From a virus, in IMG/VR virus record IMGVR_UViG_3300037140_000126, positions 1 through 64,000 of that record: a DNA stretch of 64,000 nt; one strand, given 5' to 3'. This document shows positions 57,801-64,000 of this stretch, piece by piece. The position numbers were made by a program, and so were the translations under genes. The notes under the pieces are model-generated. The model had not been told where the DNA came from. It searched no databases and worked only from the letters and a program-made list of their open reading frames with translations. Every line of letters starts with the position of its first letter. The stretch's first letter is position 1.

Positions 57801-59136
57801 CATCAAGCAGTTTATTGAATGCCTCTTCACGCATGATGACTTGCGGAAGAATCGCACCATAAGACTGCAACATCAATTCGGCTGGTTGGATTCCTGTAAT
57901 ACGGCCCAGTTGTGCAAACGCCCCGGCTCCTACAGTCCTACCACGACCGATAAAGGCCCGCTGCAAGCTGCTCATTGCTTCTTCGGCGGTGTTGCCCTGT
58001 GCTCTGGCAAGTGCGACAACATCATGGGTCAATTGAACGATTTGGTCGTTCGTAACCCTCATGTTCGACTGCCAAGCGGTATTCACAAAACGCAGAAGAG
58101 GAATGTCCCCCACAAGGTCATGTGTCGCTGTGTGCATCTGGGCCAGGAACTGGGTTGTGTCTGTGCCTTTGATCCTGCCTAGCGCCTCATAGGTAGTCTG
58201 CAAGTGCTGCAACGGCCCAATATTTGTAACGAGTTCAGTAGTAGACTGAATGGCGCTGCGAATCGTGCTGCCTATCATTTCGGCGGCAATAACACCTGTA
58301 AATACACCACCCGCGAGTTCCCGGAAACCTAAGCCACCTACCAAGCTGCGTTCTAACTTTCCAAAGAAACCTTGTTCAACGCCGCCTTGACCGGCTACTC
58401 CACTCATATCACCGGCCAACAGCTTAACCTTGGCTTGCGCCGAATAGAGCCGGTTCAGTGTTGCAATATCGGCGTTATCCAGCTTCTCTTTGATTGCGGT
58501 AGCTTTGATCTGTTCCTGAATCGTGGTTAGAATGCCTTCTTCGACTTCCCTGATTTTTGTTTTGCTTCTTAATTCGCCAGTCGCAATCTGCGCTTGTAGG
58601 CGGGCAGTTTCTTGCGCATAGAGAGGGACAACTTGTTTCGCCTGACGTGCACTTAATAGTTCCGCACGCTGCCGTCTAGTAGCTTCGGCAGCCGTAAGCC
58701 GGGTTTGTCCAGCAATCTGCGAGTTAATCTCACGAGTTTCTTTTTCACTTAGGGTGAGTAGAGCAGCTCTCTGGGAACGCTGGGCTACATTGAGAGGCCC
58801 TATTTTTTGTAGCTCCGCAATTTCCTGCTTCGTGATGGCTAAGTTTTTCTGGCGCAATGCAAGCAGTGCATCATTGCTCAGCTTCTCTTCTTGACTTAAC
58901 TTGACCCGCAAAGCGGTGTATGCGGCTTGTGATTTGCTTGCATCCTGCTGAGCTTGTGCCTGTTTCTTTATGGACTCTAAATTTTGCACAGCTACTTGTT
59001 TCTGTCTTTGATCTTCCTTTAGTAGCCGTTGCTGTATCTCGACAAGCTGGGCCTGGACCTTTTTAATACCCTGAGTAAATTGGGTATCGTCCAGAACCAG
59101 CTTGGCGAGTAGTTTTTTGGTTTCGCTGTCAGCCAT
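51826..59136 (-). CDS. tape measure protein (2436 aa)
   Basis: LLAKLVLDDTQFTQGIKK start, long helical region, position after the tail chaperones, HAAG..V...G.A.LHAGEAVLP motif. Confidence 0.88.
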   Translation of the reverse strand: MADSETKKLLAKLVLDDTQFTQGIKKVQAQLVEIQQRLLKEDQRQKQVAVQNLESIKKQAQAQQDASKSQAAYTALRVKLSQEEKLSNDALLALRQKNLAITKQEIAELQKIGPLNVAQRSQRAALLTLSEKETREINSQIAGQTRLTAAEATRRQRAELLSARQAKQVVPLYAQETARLQAQIATGELRSKTKIREVEEGILTTIQEQIKATAIKEKLDNADIATLNRLYSAQAKVKLLAGDMSGVAGQGGVEQGFFGKLERSLVGGLGFRELAGGVFTGVIAAEMIGSTIRSAIQSTTELVTNIGPLQHLQTTYEALGRIKGTDTTQFLAQMHTATHDLVGDIPLLRFVNTAWQSNMRVTNDQIVQLTHDVVALARAQGNTAEEAMSSLQRAFIGRGRTVGAGAFAQLGRITGIQPAELMLQSYGAILPQVIMREEAFNKLLDVTHRKFIEVGDPATTLTDRLTVLGEEWNRTRQAFALELVKSEGFRSFLGLLDEGIQKLRKFEESTHGFADMIGSAFGGVAKAVGFISDHANVFGEIVTDGLKLAGVAVAVDLLTAATTRLDVALGALSMEGMLAVLSKANLITAAIAGILILQAHREEHPGLAFSLLGPSKEEADKAWIKERDRTFGGEKPPATPKPPGPPSEALEGGGRGTSAEAEPTAELDPAYLIKMARIRMKTQELADKEHLDQTKQNLQDEKDANEDAYASIQETFGQYIAEKKRLREEDRQAALLEAKQELDAKLSESKYAEDIAGADFTKQSKAAADALDEAKAQSQAKPGDEAAAKGLQDAANSAADAKRNLNLAGEQYRQDQKQFNKTYEDQVANINTAAAREQSQLSREPEKDVTAAARKIAQARLKIQTDALAEETDETKNHFDEGLISADEYLQKRKTQIEQERIYANDAINDEEQNTELKTSEIAALEIKRFEANADASKKSSDLELQRDEITIKSAQNKYDRISKMRSAQEKIAATPRGAALLGASEVSVIEAEVLETQKFINEQIRSLSAAKEGGKAQEEILDAIAGAEEKQQQLNQRLIQARDLLTPIAGLFEGVANTINSLYSAGPMRGIREVGEGLQAGAQTMKSVASFRETFAKNYGKAPKITQSPELESLLKQSTGAAGGLNEVQSASHGLADALDGLLAKLTGKSDWHAPETWTGLESHAGPTEYDPYGSLNISQFPHHAAGTPFVPQSGLAFLHAGEAVLPSGVIQALSTVVNTLTRTFTQLSDSVGSLATRFSALSTGTAPGATAPLLQTSAVGGLIGSGDIPLGPGFGSGTNMSSVYGDTSSSSGGMLSGVQKFFQLLSGGGKDQGVGAVSSFIGTMTSAVGAVGSFLQSTLGAKNATSGAVGGAMSGESLGQGIGGMAGPAGAIIGAIGGTLIGGIMGAISGWKNSQIMKQIQADVDKLDSISQNLSQGVIGLNQAIQQAELAAVQINNQSTGKKGAGDQAKQQAQQQAAQTLQQLQDQQNKVMQTMQETLNNLVVPTGYQQWMSSIEQILAQYKQFAEAAQSTQQLTQAQQYLTTAMQQYAITEATQVQSAEEAAIQNGINLNNLYLQRQQMMEQFAQQEQGIMSGGVATREVSASASKAAQLQQLQIQYNLQMDQMNMQIATAQYQYETQQQIYGLATTRVGLETQLLTLQMSQTDQQNASNAALLNIVNVIRSTPASQLTTTPQLMSALGLPYSGPTSAQVGPQIGPMTGPYVAGNADYPIAPLYPTVGSSPTVPWDYSSGGSATGTAPATTGGISTLQTAQTAGTSPIYYLTDPTTGNLTAVYNTPTSFAGTATSQVVSPGGLPGIAADVSQAGALEDLFKSIGKQTNAIVAAFNSGTASAQTTLSTISALIAQIPVGSAGSQQLLQQMQTEIGMLNSSVAATATSLLPAENLLPAAPLTAAQQAANLTAAPTILGGQPNLTLYGTDSNSNPVYVDQNGVLYSAAGQQVGNVSATTATFGQPSTAGYYNTPTVTTPTNVIPSTASSTGLGSQSGATTTLQDLLQYPGLGGQASVTLPSGPASTTPPVIFSGTGTSSSTATAPATPQVDYSQTDIDTVVQRLVQKNPILGLATVGSPGALQAMAENIINQNVPGYIAQAIPSKMQAFAASALQNNPGLLAGIGTNSAATTTGTATTSAPSLPSGLIMYGTDSSGNPIYVDVSNGDLFNAYGQQIGSIATNGTAPTSAAPTLSGVSVPGQAPGTSLAAGTAPLPAGSGPSSGPSGPIIPVGSSNPFGNGNPPYVDASGTAWQTTTAQQALYGNLLGSGSTSTTGSSSGRVHSTLSGITAVSPIIAQIATALAATPVLQTGGAISQTGLAVVESGETVIPPSGSVGASATNQATVTLNAAKVSTEQQVSSIASNRIGMEMKLLQMKQQQNQNDLDVLNKYQQVMSAISSGNFSGVSGLIGGASSSSANNSIEDSLYNLYQQRGRYGEGGIAGQYP

Positions 59137-59567
59137 TAGCTGTCACCTTCGGTTTCTTTACTTCGTGCTTGTGCACTGTAAGGAACGAACGGCACGTTGA
59201 CGCCCTGCATCTTGAGAAACTTCAAAGCATCATCCCCAGTTACGCCGCGTAAATCGAGTTCACCTTCTTTATTGAAAAATCTACCGGGCATTCCTGTCGG
59301 TAAATTCGGATCGTTGAAGTAGTCGCGTGCCTCTTCTCCGGGACCGACAGCCGCACTACCCCGCTTCGTCTTCTTGTCCATCAAGTAGGAAGTCTCTTGT
59401 GAACGCCAGCCCACGACGGCCAAGTCTGACTTCGTGAAGCGCTCTTCTATTTCAGTTAGTGGCATCTGAAACGTCTCCACCCAGCTTGCAGCAGCGGCTA
59501 TCTCTGGGTACGCGCTCCCGAAATCGTTGTCAGTCCGCTCGAACCTCGGGAGATTTGCGAGAAAAAA
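59136..59567 (-). CDS. tail assembly chaperone, -1 frameshift extension (G-T type)
   Basis: The -1 frame is open from the slippery site to the stop at 59136 and reads FFLANLPRFERTDNDFGSAYPEIAAAASWVETFQM... Confidence 0.75.
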   Translation of the reverse strand, partial: FFLANLPRFERTDNDFGSAYPEIAAAASWVETFQMPLTEIEERFTKSDLAVVGWRSQETSYLMDKKTKRGSAAVGPGEEARDYFNDPNLPTGMPGRFFNKEGELDLRGVTGDDALKFLKMQGVNVPFVPYSAQARSKETEGDS

Positions 59568-60196
59568 TCGCGCAACCGGTTAATTTGAATTTGCGCATTG
59601 ATGATGTTCCATTGCCGGTAGCTGCTGAGATTGTCCTGTACCCATTCCTGTGTGACTTCTTTTTCTTTACCACGAGGATTGAGAATCATCACGACTGCAT
59701 CCGCCATCAGGTCGAAACCCGGATCGAGCGTTTCAAGCAACTGCTTGATTTTAAGCCCGACATCGCCCTCCATCATGTTGAACGCGAGTGCACCGAGATC
59801 GGATGCACGCGGCAGAATCGTCTCTTTGAAGTTCCTGTAGAATTTCTTTTCAACGGATTGTGGAAGTTCCTTGATCGTGAACTTACGGATTGTTTCTGTG
59901 GATGTCTCCGAGGCCCAAGGCACCTCGACATCGAACGTCAGATACTCTTGCGAAAGCAGCAAGCGGATTTCTTCTTGCGAAGGCGGTGTCTGATTCTTCT
60001 TAAACTCCTTAATGACTTCTTGCAGTGCCGCGTCGTTCTCGACCTGCATCTTCAGTTTGAACGCTTCAATGTCGCGGACAAACTTGGCGTCGTAGCGGCC
60101 TTTTACCTCCGTCTCGATTTGCGAGCGAAGATACTCGACCGCCTGCACGTTCTTGACTTCAAACTCACGCGGTTGCACTTCCTGTTCTATGTCCAT
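59498..60196 (-). CDS. tail assembly chaperone (gpG-like)
   Basis: Between tail tube and tape measure, carries the slippery site, strong SD. Confidence 0.8.
   Translation of the reverse strand: MDIEQEVQPREFEVKNVQAVEYLRSQIETEVKGRYDAKFVRDIEAFKLKMQVENDAALQEVIKEFKKNQTPPSQEEIRLLLSQEYLTFDVEVPWASETSTETIRKFTIKELPQSVEKKFYRNFKETILPRASDLGALAFNMMEGDVGLKIKQLLETLDPGFDLMADAVVMILNPRGKEKEVTQEWVQDNLSSYRQWNIINAQIQINRLRDFFSQISRGSSGLTTISGARTQR
59561..59567 (-). promoter_or_regulatory. programmed -1 frameshift heptamer T TTT TTC
   Basis: In frame 0 of the chaperone (GAT TTT TTC). A -1 frame TAA lies a few codons upstream. Confidence 0.75.
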
Positions 60197-60266
60197 GTTC
60201 GTTTTCCTCTCTCCAGTGTGATTTCATCTCTTTATTCGTGTATCGCATTATCAGCCCCAATTCTCA

Positions 60267-60318
60267 AGTTAAAAGGTCCCCGGCATTCCCTCCCCTAGAA
60301 GCAACACCGGGGACCCTT
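60267..60318 (-). terminator. intrinsic terminator-like hairpin after the tail tube gene
   Basis: GGTCCCCGG/CCGGGGACC stem followed by TTTTAACTT on the minus strand. Confidence 0.6.
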
Positions 60319-60339
60319 GTTTACTGCAAACTATACTAA

Positions 60340-61628
60340 CTAAATTGCAATATCCTGGCCAGGTTTGGCATAATATGCCGTGTAGCCCACCACGGTCTCG
60401 CCGTCGAGCGGATCATCGAAGGCCAATGCCTCCATGACACAATCCAGCTCGTAGCCCGTCAAGTCGGTTGTCCCGACGTTTTCAATCGCCCAAGCCGCTA
60501 CGTCGCGGAACTGATTGATTGAAACGTGCGGGTAGTACAGTGCAATCTGGGCTTGGTCAATCGTGTCGAGTATGAATAACCCGGACCATTCTGTGATGAA
60601 CGTGCCGCCTTCTCTCGCTGCCCAACCAGAAATCAACTGCACGTTCGACCCGGCTGGCGGTGTACCTTGTGGTGTGTTCGCAGGAACGGCAGTTGTGCCC
60701 CCGCCGCCGCCTACAAACGGTGCGTTGAGTGTGAGCACGTTACCATTGACGGCAATGATTCTCGCAACGAAGTCACTTGTCTTACGGATGTAATCCACAT
60801 CTGTGACGGCGTTTGGAAAGACAGGAACACCCGCCTCACCGATAAGCCCGTATGTTCCAAGCGTATAGTCGATATCGGCTACGATGAAGTCCCCAGCCGA
60901 GGCGCTGATCGCCGCCGCGCTAGTGACAGTGATTGACGGTGTAGCGGCCGAATAGCTGACCATTGCTGTCTTAGGGGCTCCTGAAGCAGACAGCGGGCCA
61001 GCGGTAGTTGCTGTTGAGCCATCCAGCAGGTTGATAGGATTAGTGCCCGTTGCGATCTTGAAGGCCATGCGCGACGCTTCGCGGAACTTGAATTCGAACG
61101 ACTCGCCGACTTGCCCTCTGTATTGCGCCCGGACTGCACCGCGATAACCGGAACGTACTTGGCCGATCTTTGATGCAGGCGTGATCTTGAAATCCTTGAT
61201 CCAGCCCAAATCTGTAAAGCCCGCCGGTGGGGAATACGTATTGAACGGACCACCAGTCTGCAAATCCAGCATCGTCGGGCCTACAGAAGTATTGGCGACC
61301 GACGATCCTAAGGCGGCGTTATAGGGCGCAAAGAATGCCCTATATCCGGCCCCGATCATGAGCATGTTCTTAAGCTTTGTTACAAATCAGGTTTTCTGAT
61401 TTGGGTTGGTCATTTCTGCCAACCTCTTACGGTTCTTATTCCCGTAAGCCCCGACTATTGCATCACCATTCTTGCACTCTCGGTGCCTTCTCGCTTAGTC
61501 TGTCAGCGTCCCTTTAGGGTTCGCCCTCGTTGCCATTCTCAGGGTTCGAGTCAATCAGAGAAGGTTTTACTTCCGCAAGAACGCTACGTGATACGGAAGG
61601 GCTGAACTAATGCCTTTGAGAGTGCCAT
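60340..61628 (-). CDS. major tail (tube) protein, spliced: join(61628..61593, 61374..60340), 356 aa
   Basis: Exon 1 MALSKALVQPFR has an AAGGAG SD. Exon 2 LKNMLMIGAGYRAF... has a tube-like DLGWIKD..ITP motif. The ORF-track ATG at 61365 lacks an SD. Confidence 0.82.
61375..61592 (-). ncRNA. group I self-splicing intron, ORF-less, 218 nt
   Basis: P1 CUUCCGU/GCGGAAG with U-G at the 5' splice site, P10 GUUCUU/AAGAAC, P3 CCUUCUC/GAGAAGG, P4 CUCG/CGAG, P6 GCG/CGC, P7 GACUA/UAGUC, P8 CACC/GGUG, three P9 hairpins, terminal UAACAAAG. Confidence 0.92.
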
Positions 61629-61715
61629 TTTAGTTAAGTCTCCTTATAGTTACGTTTGGGGCCACTTCCGGTAGACTTAACCGAATTGCCCCATGACCAA
61701 CTGTCCTGGCCATCA
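61629..61715 (-). promoter_or_regulatory. structured 5' leader of the tail tube gene (two hairpins plus loop-SD pseudoknot)
   Basis: AUGGCCA/UGGUCAU and GGGGC..UUCGGU/ACCGGA..GCCCC stems. GUUAAGUCU (61681-61673) is complementary to AGACUUAAC (61641-61633). Confidence 0.55.
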
Positions 61716-61721
61716 GCTTAA

Positions 61722-62447
61722 CTATTGGCACTCTTCTTCACATGCTTCCAACGAAGTCAGAATTCTAAACTCAATGTCCGCAGATTTACAAAACGCTCTT
61801 GCGGCCCTAAACTTGGCTTGATTCTTTGGGTCCTTGAGAAAGGCGACTGGTTTGATTTCTTCCAGTATATGCGTGCCATCTGCGTAGCAAATCAGCAAAT
61901 CGGGAAGGTAATAATGCGCCTTGCCATTCAAACTGTATGGAATCCGTACAGGTGTGCGTCTATAACTTGACACTTCGTTAGAAAGTTCAAGCACACGCAT
62001 ACGAGCTAACTCCCAAGAACAGTCGTAATGCATAGTCCTGTGATTCTTTTTGGAGTAGAAGTCACCGTGCTTACCACGGTTTACACGAGTTTTCCAGTAA
62101 CGCTCTGTTCCATCAGCGTCCTTAATAAAGTTACGAATGTTTTGTGCGGGGTCTAAACGCCCGTCGGCAATCGCTTCACGGACACCAGCACTATTCCTCT
62201 CTCGGTGAACGTGGCACACCTTCTTGCCCTTAGGCCATCCCATGTGTATATTATGCTCAAGATTATATGCACGTAGCCGCTTACCATTCTCGACTTTAGC
62301 TTTTGCACCTTCCGCCGTGAAAAGACGAGGGCCACACGAATCTTTCACACCTTTCGGTCGTCCAGCAGCGCTCATATCACGCTTCGCGTAACGCCCATCG
62401 CGCCACGCTTTGCGGAGCTTTGCTTTCTTTTGTTCAGGGCATTTCAT
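61722..62447 (-). CDS. free-standing TnsA-N-like PD-(D/E)xK endonuclease with basic N-terminal DNA-binding region (putative homing endonuclease)
   Basis: YDCSWEL, IPYSLNGKAHYYLPDLLI, LEEIKP, KNQAKFRAARAFC, FRILT. NUMOD3-like basic repeats at the N-terminus. Confidence 0.8.
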   Translation of the reverse strand: MKCPEQKKAKLRKAWRDGRYAKRDMSAAGRPKGVKDSCGPRLFTAEGAKAKVENGKRLRAYNLEHNIHMGWPKGKKVCHVHRERNSAGVREAIADGRLDPAQNIRNFIKDADGTERYWKTRVNRGKHGDFYSKKNHRTMHYDCSWELARMRVLELSNEVSSYRRTPVRIPYSLNGKAHYYLPDLLICYADGTHILEEIKPVAFLKDPKNQAKFRAARAFCKSADIEFRILTSLEACEEECQ

Positions 62448-62463
62448 AGTCGAAAGTATAACA
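62448..62463 (-). promoter_or_regulatory. extended -10 promoter TGnTATACT, 7 nt before the endonuclease ATG (leaderless)
   Basis: TGT-TATACT at 62463-62455, ATG at 62447. Confidence 0.65.
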
Positions 62464-62467
62464 CTCC

Positions 62468-62986
62468 TCAGAAAATCTGATCCGTAAAGTCAGTTATTCT
62501 TACGGTGCCCGTCCCGTACGTCACACCGCTATTTTTCTCGTTGCGGTCCACGATACTGACAGGCGACCAGATGATAAATTCTGCCGGATCAACTGGAATA
62601 GCGACGAGCGCTCCAGCGGCACTCACAACGACATTTTGCTTTTGTGCAAATCTTGGGTACACACCGTTCTCCAGCTCGCCCTTCATCGTGAAGTGTGTAC
62701 GATAGCGGTCGCCTCTGCCACGCATTTGAATTCCCGTCTGAATGTCCGTACCGACAATCATCCATGTCCATTGCACTGTATGCACCTTAACAGGAATCGA
62801 CGCCGAATCCGCTTGCTTTCCCAAGGGCACTTCCCCGAGCACGAGCAGATAGAAAGACTCTGTTTCTACGTTCTTCGGTGGCCAGTCCTGTGCACTCATC
62901 ACACCGATTACTTTACGGCTTGCATTCAGAGCTTGAATGCGCGTCTTGACCCACAAATAATGCGAATCCACACTAGCCGCATACAC
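62468..62986 (-). CDS. tail terminator / neck protein (tentative)
   Basis: 172 aa, position upstream of the tail tube, alpha/beta pattern ending GTVRITD. Confidence 0.55.
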   Translation of the reverse strand: MYAASVDSHYLWVKTRIQALNASRKVIGVMSAQDWPPKNVETESFYLLVLGEVPLGKQADSASIPVKVHTVQWTWMIVGTDIQTGIQMRGRGDRYRTHFTMKGELENGVYPRFAQKQNVVVSAAGALVAIPVDPAEFIIWSPVSIVDRNEKNSGVTYGTGTVRITDFTDQIF

Positions 62987-62987
62987 G

Positions 62988-63458
62988 TCAGTAAATCCTT
63001 CTTACCATGAGTTGCTGCAAGCCCGCATATCGCTCTGCACCGATAATCTTGATAACGTCAAGCTCCATGTCTTCCTCGGGTGCTTTCATACGCAGCAGCA
63101 TCATCAGCCACATGTACCACCACAACTTTGCAGGCTGCATACTGTCGAACGATTCACACGCAAACGTGAACGTAGCGCCGAATGCGTCTTTCGGTTCAAA
63201 CTTGGCCATCGACAGGCACGCGTCCTTGAAGTTTGTTCTGTAGCAACGCGTCCCAACAAGAGATGCATTGCGTAGATTCGCACCTTCAAAGTTCGCATAG
63301 CTCAAATCCGCATCATCGAAGTTCGCCCCAATTAAACTGGCACAGCGAAAATCAGCATGATCGAGTTTCTGTCCGGAGAAATTGCGGTTCGCCAGTTTCT
63401 TATTATAAAAGTCTTTCCCCACCCTGTCGGCACGTACAGTTGGCATCGTGTTCCCCAT
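62988..63458 (-). CDS. pentapeptide-repeat protein
   Basis: LDHADFRCASLIGANFDDADLSYANFEGANLRNASL A(D/N)LXX repeats. Confidence 0.88.
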   Translation of the reverse strand: MGNTMPTVRADRVGKDFYNKKLANRNFSGQKLDHADFRCASLIGANFDDADLSYANFEGANLRNASLVGTRCYRTNFKDACLSMAKFEPKDAFGATFTFACESFDSMQPAKLWWYMWLMMLLRMKAPEEDMELDVIKIIGAERYAGLQQLMVRRIY

Positions 63459-63461
63459 GTC

Positions 63462-63977
63462 CTATACCTCTCTCGTCAACATTAAAGCGTTTGAATCCTC
63501 GTCTTCGTCCAGCAGATCATCTCCTGCACTAATCACGCGGATATCATCGTAGAGTTGTCCTGTATCGACTGGGACATGCTCTCTGATGATGTCCCTTACG
63601 CGTGATGCCGTTCGTTCGACTACCTGTTGAAACTCCTCGTGAATCCCCTCGGCCGTTGTACTGGTGAACTTGAGTCTCCCTATCTCTTGCTCGAATGCGG
63701 CCCAGTACAACGGTGTATTCACGCGGATGTACCCGTGTGGTGCTTGAATCGACAAGAACACCCGCTCGCCGTCAGGATTCGTTCCGATAGTTGTCTTAGG
63801 GCCAATTTTTGTCTGCCGTATATTCCCCCATTCCCAAACGAGGGCATACGCAGCAGCGGGCCCTTCGACGCCGACACCCGCTTCGATTGGCGTTCTATCC
63901 GCCTGTGCAAACTCAGACAAGAATTTCTTCGTGTCGAGTTGCAACAACGGATAAAGTGCTGTGAATAAGGTAGCCAT
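63462..63977 (-). CDS. HK97 gp10-like tail completion protein
   Basis: YAAAYALVWEWG (YA..VE.G-like) and HVPVDTGQLYDDI (PVDTG.L) motifs. Confidence 0.6.
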   Translation of the reverse strand: MATLFTALYPLLQLDTKKFLSEFAQADRTPIEAGVGVEGPAAAYALVWEWGNIRQTKIGPKTTIGTNPDGERVFLSIQAPHGYIRVNTPLYWAAFEQEIGRLKFTSTTAEGIHEEFQQVVERTASRVRDIIREHVPVDTGQLYDDIRVISAGDDLLDEDEDSNALMLTREV

Positions 63978-64000
63978 GTGACCTACCTCACTGAAGATCG

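Larger units (their letters stand above)
1..64000 (-). mobile_element. tailed bacteriophage genome segment (siphovirus-like)
   Basis: Tail tube, chaperone, tape measure, hub, tailspike, endolysin and a phage replication block, all co-oriented and tightly overlapped. No sheath, no host housekeeping genes and no integrase seen. Confidence 0.95.

Noticed and set aside
59459-60298. 279-aa plus-strand ORF and other long plus-strand ORFs (26578..27156, 30465..31217, 20518..21222)
   Set aside because: Antisense shadows of well-supported minus-strand genes, with no recognisable motifs.
60340-61365. ORF-track start of the tail tube gene at 61365
   Set aside because: No SD, and it lies just after the intron end. 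Exon 1 at 61628 has a strong SD and splices in frame.
61629-61721. c-di-GMP-II (or fluoride, SAM-II, preQ1, ZTP) riboswitch before the intron
   Set aside because: The kink-turn and other consensus elements I recall are absent. Kept only as an unknown structured leader.
1-64000. Stop-codon reassignment, integrase/att site or contractile tail
   Set aside because: Genes are intact in the standard code, no recombinase is present, and no sheath or baseplate wedge genes were seen.

Overview
The whole window looks like part of a tailed-phage genome, probably a long non-contractile-tail siphovirus. No host housekeeping genes, integrase, tRNA or CRISPR array are visible. Essentially every credible gene is on the minus strand. 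Read from 64000 down to 1 it has five blocks. (1) Neck and tail genes: an HK97 gp10-like protein, a pentapeptide-repeat protein, a tail terminator-like protein, the tail tube, a chaperone with a -1 frameshift, a 2436-aa tape measure, a hub, three ASH-domain proteins and a tailspike. (2) A replication/recombination block: UvsW-like helicase, putative origin, DnaB, primase, 5'-3' exonuclease, sigma-like factor, two DNA MTases, beta-clamp-like protein, UDG-PolA, UvsY-like, gp32-like SSB, RecA, DnaX-like and an Mre11-Rad50 fusion. (3) Small, repeat-rich genes. (4) A metallophosphoesterase and a lysis cassette. (5) A cluster of glycosyltransferases, a methyltransferase and signal-peptide-bearing carbohydrate-active or fibre-like proteins. 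The ASH/choice-of-anchor D and DUF4082 secreted proteins hint at an Acidobacteria-like host (inference only). Best finding: the tail tube gene is split by an unannotated 218-nt ORF-less group I intron (61375-61592) whose P1, P3, P7, P9 and P10 pairings can be read directly. Its leader RNA could form an SD-proximal pseudoknot or a competing anti-P1 helix, and a free-standing endonuclease with its own promoter sits just upstream. Second: a duplicated, translationally coupled adaptor + secreted passenger cassette whose unrelated passengers both end in N-A-[VL]-W-F-G-L-P. All domain calls come from motif recognition by eye; no searches were run.
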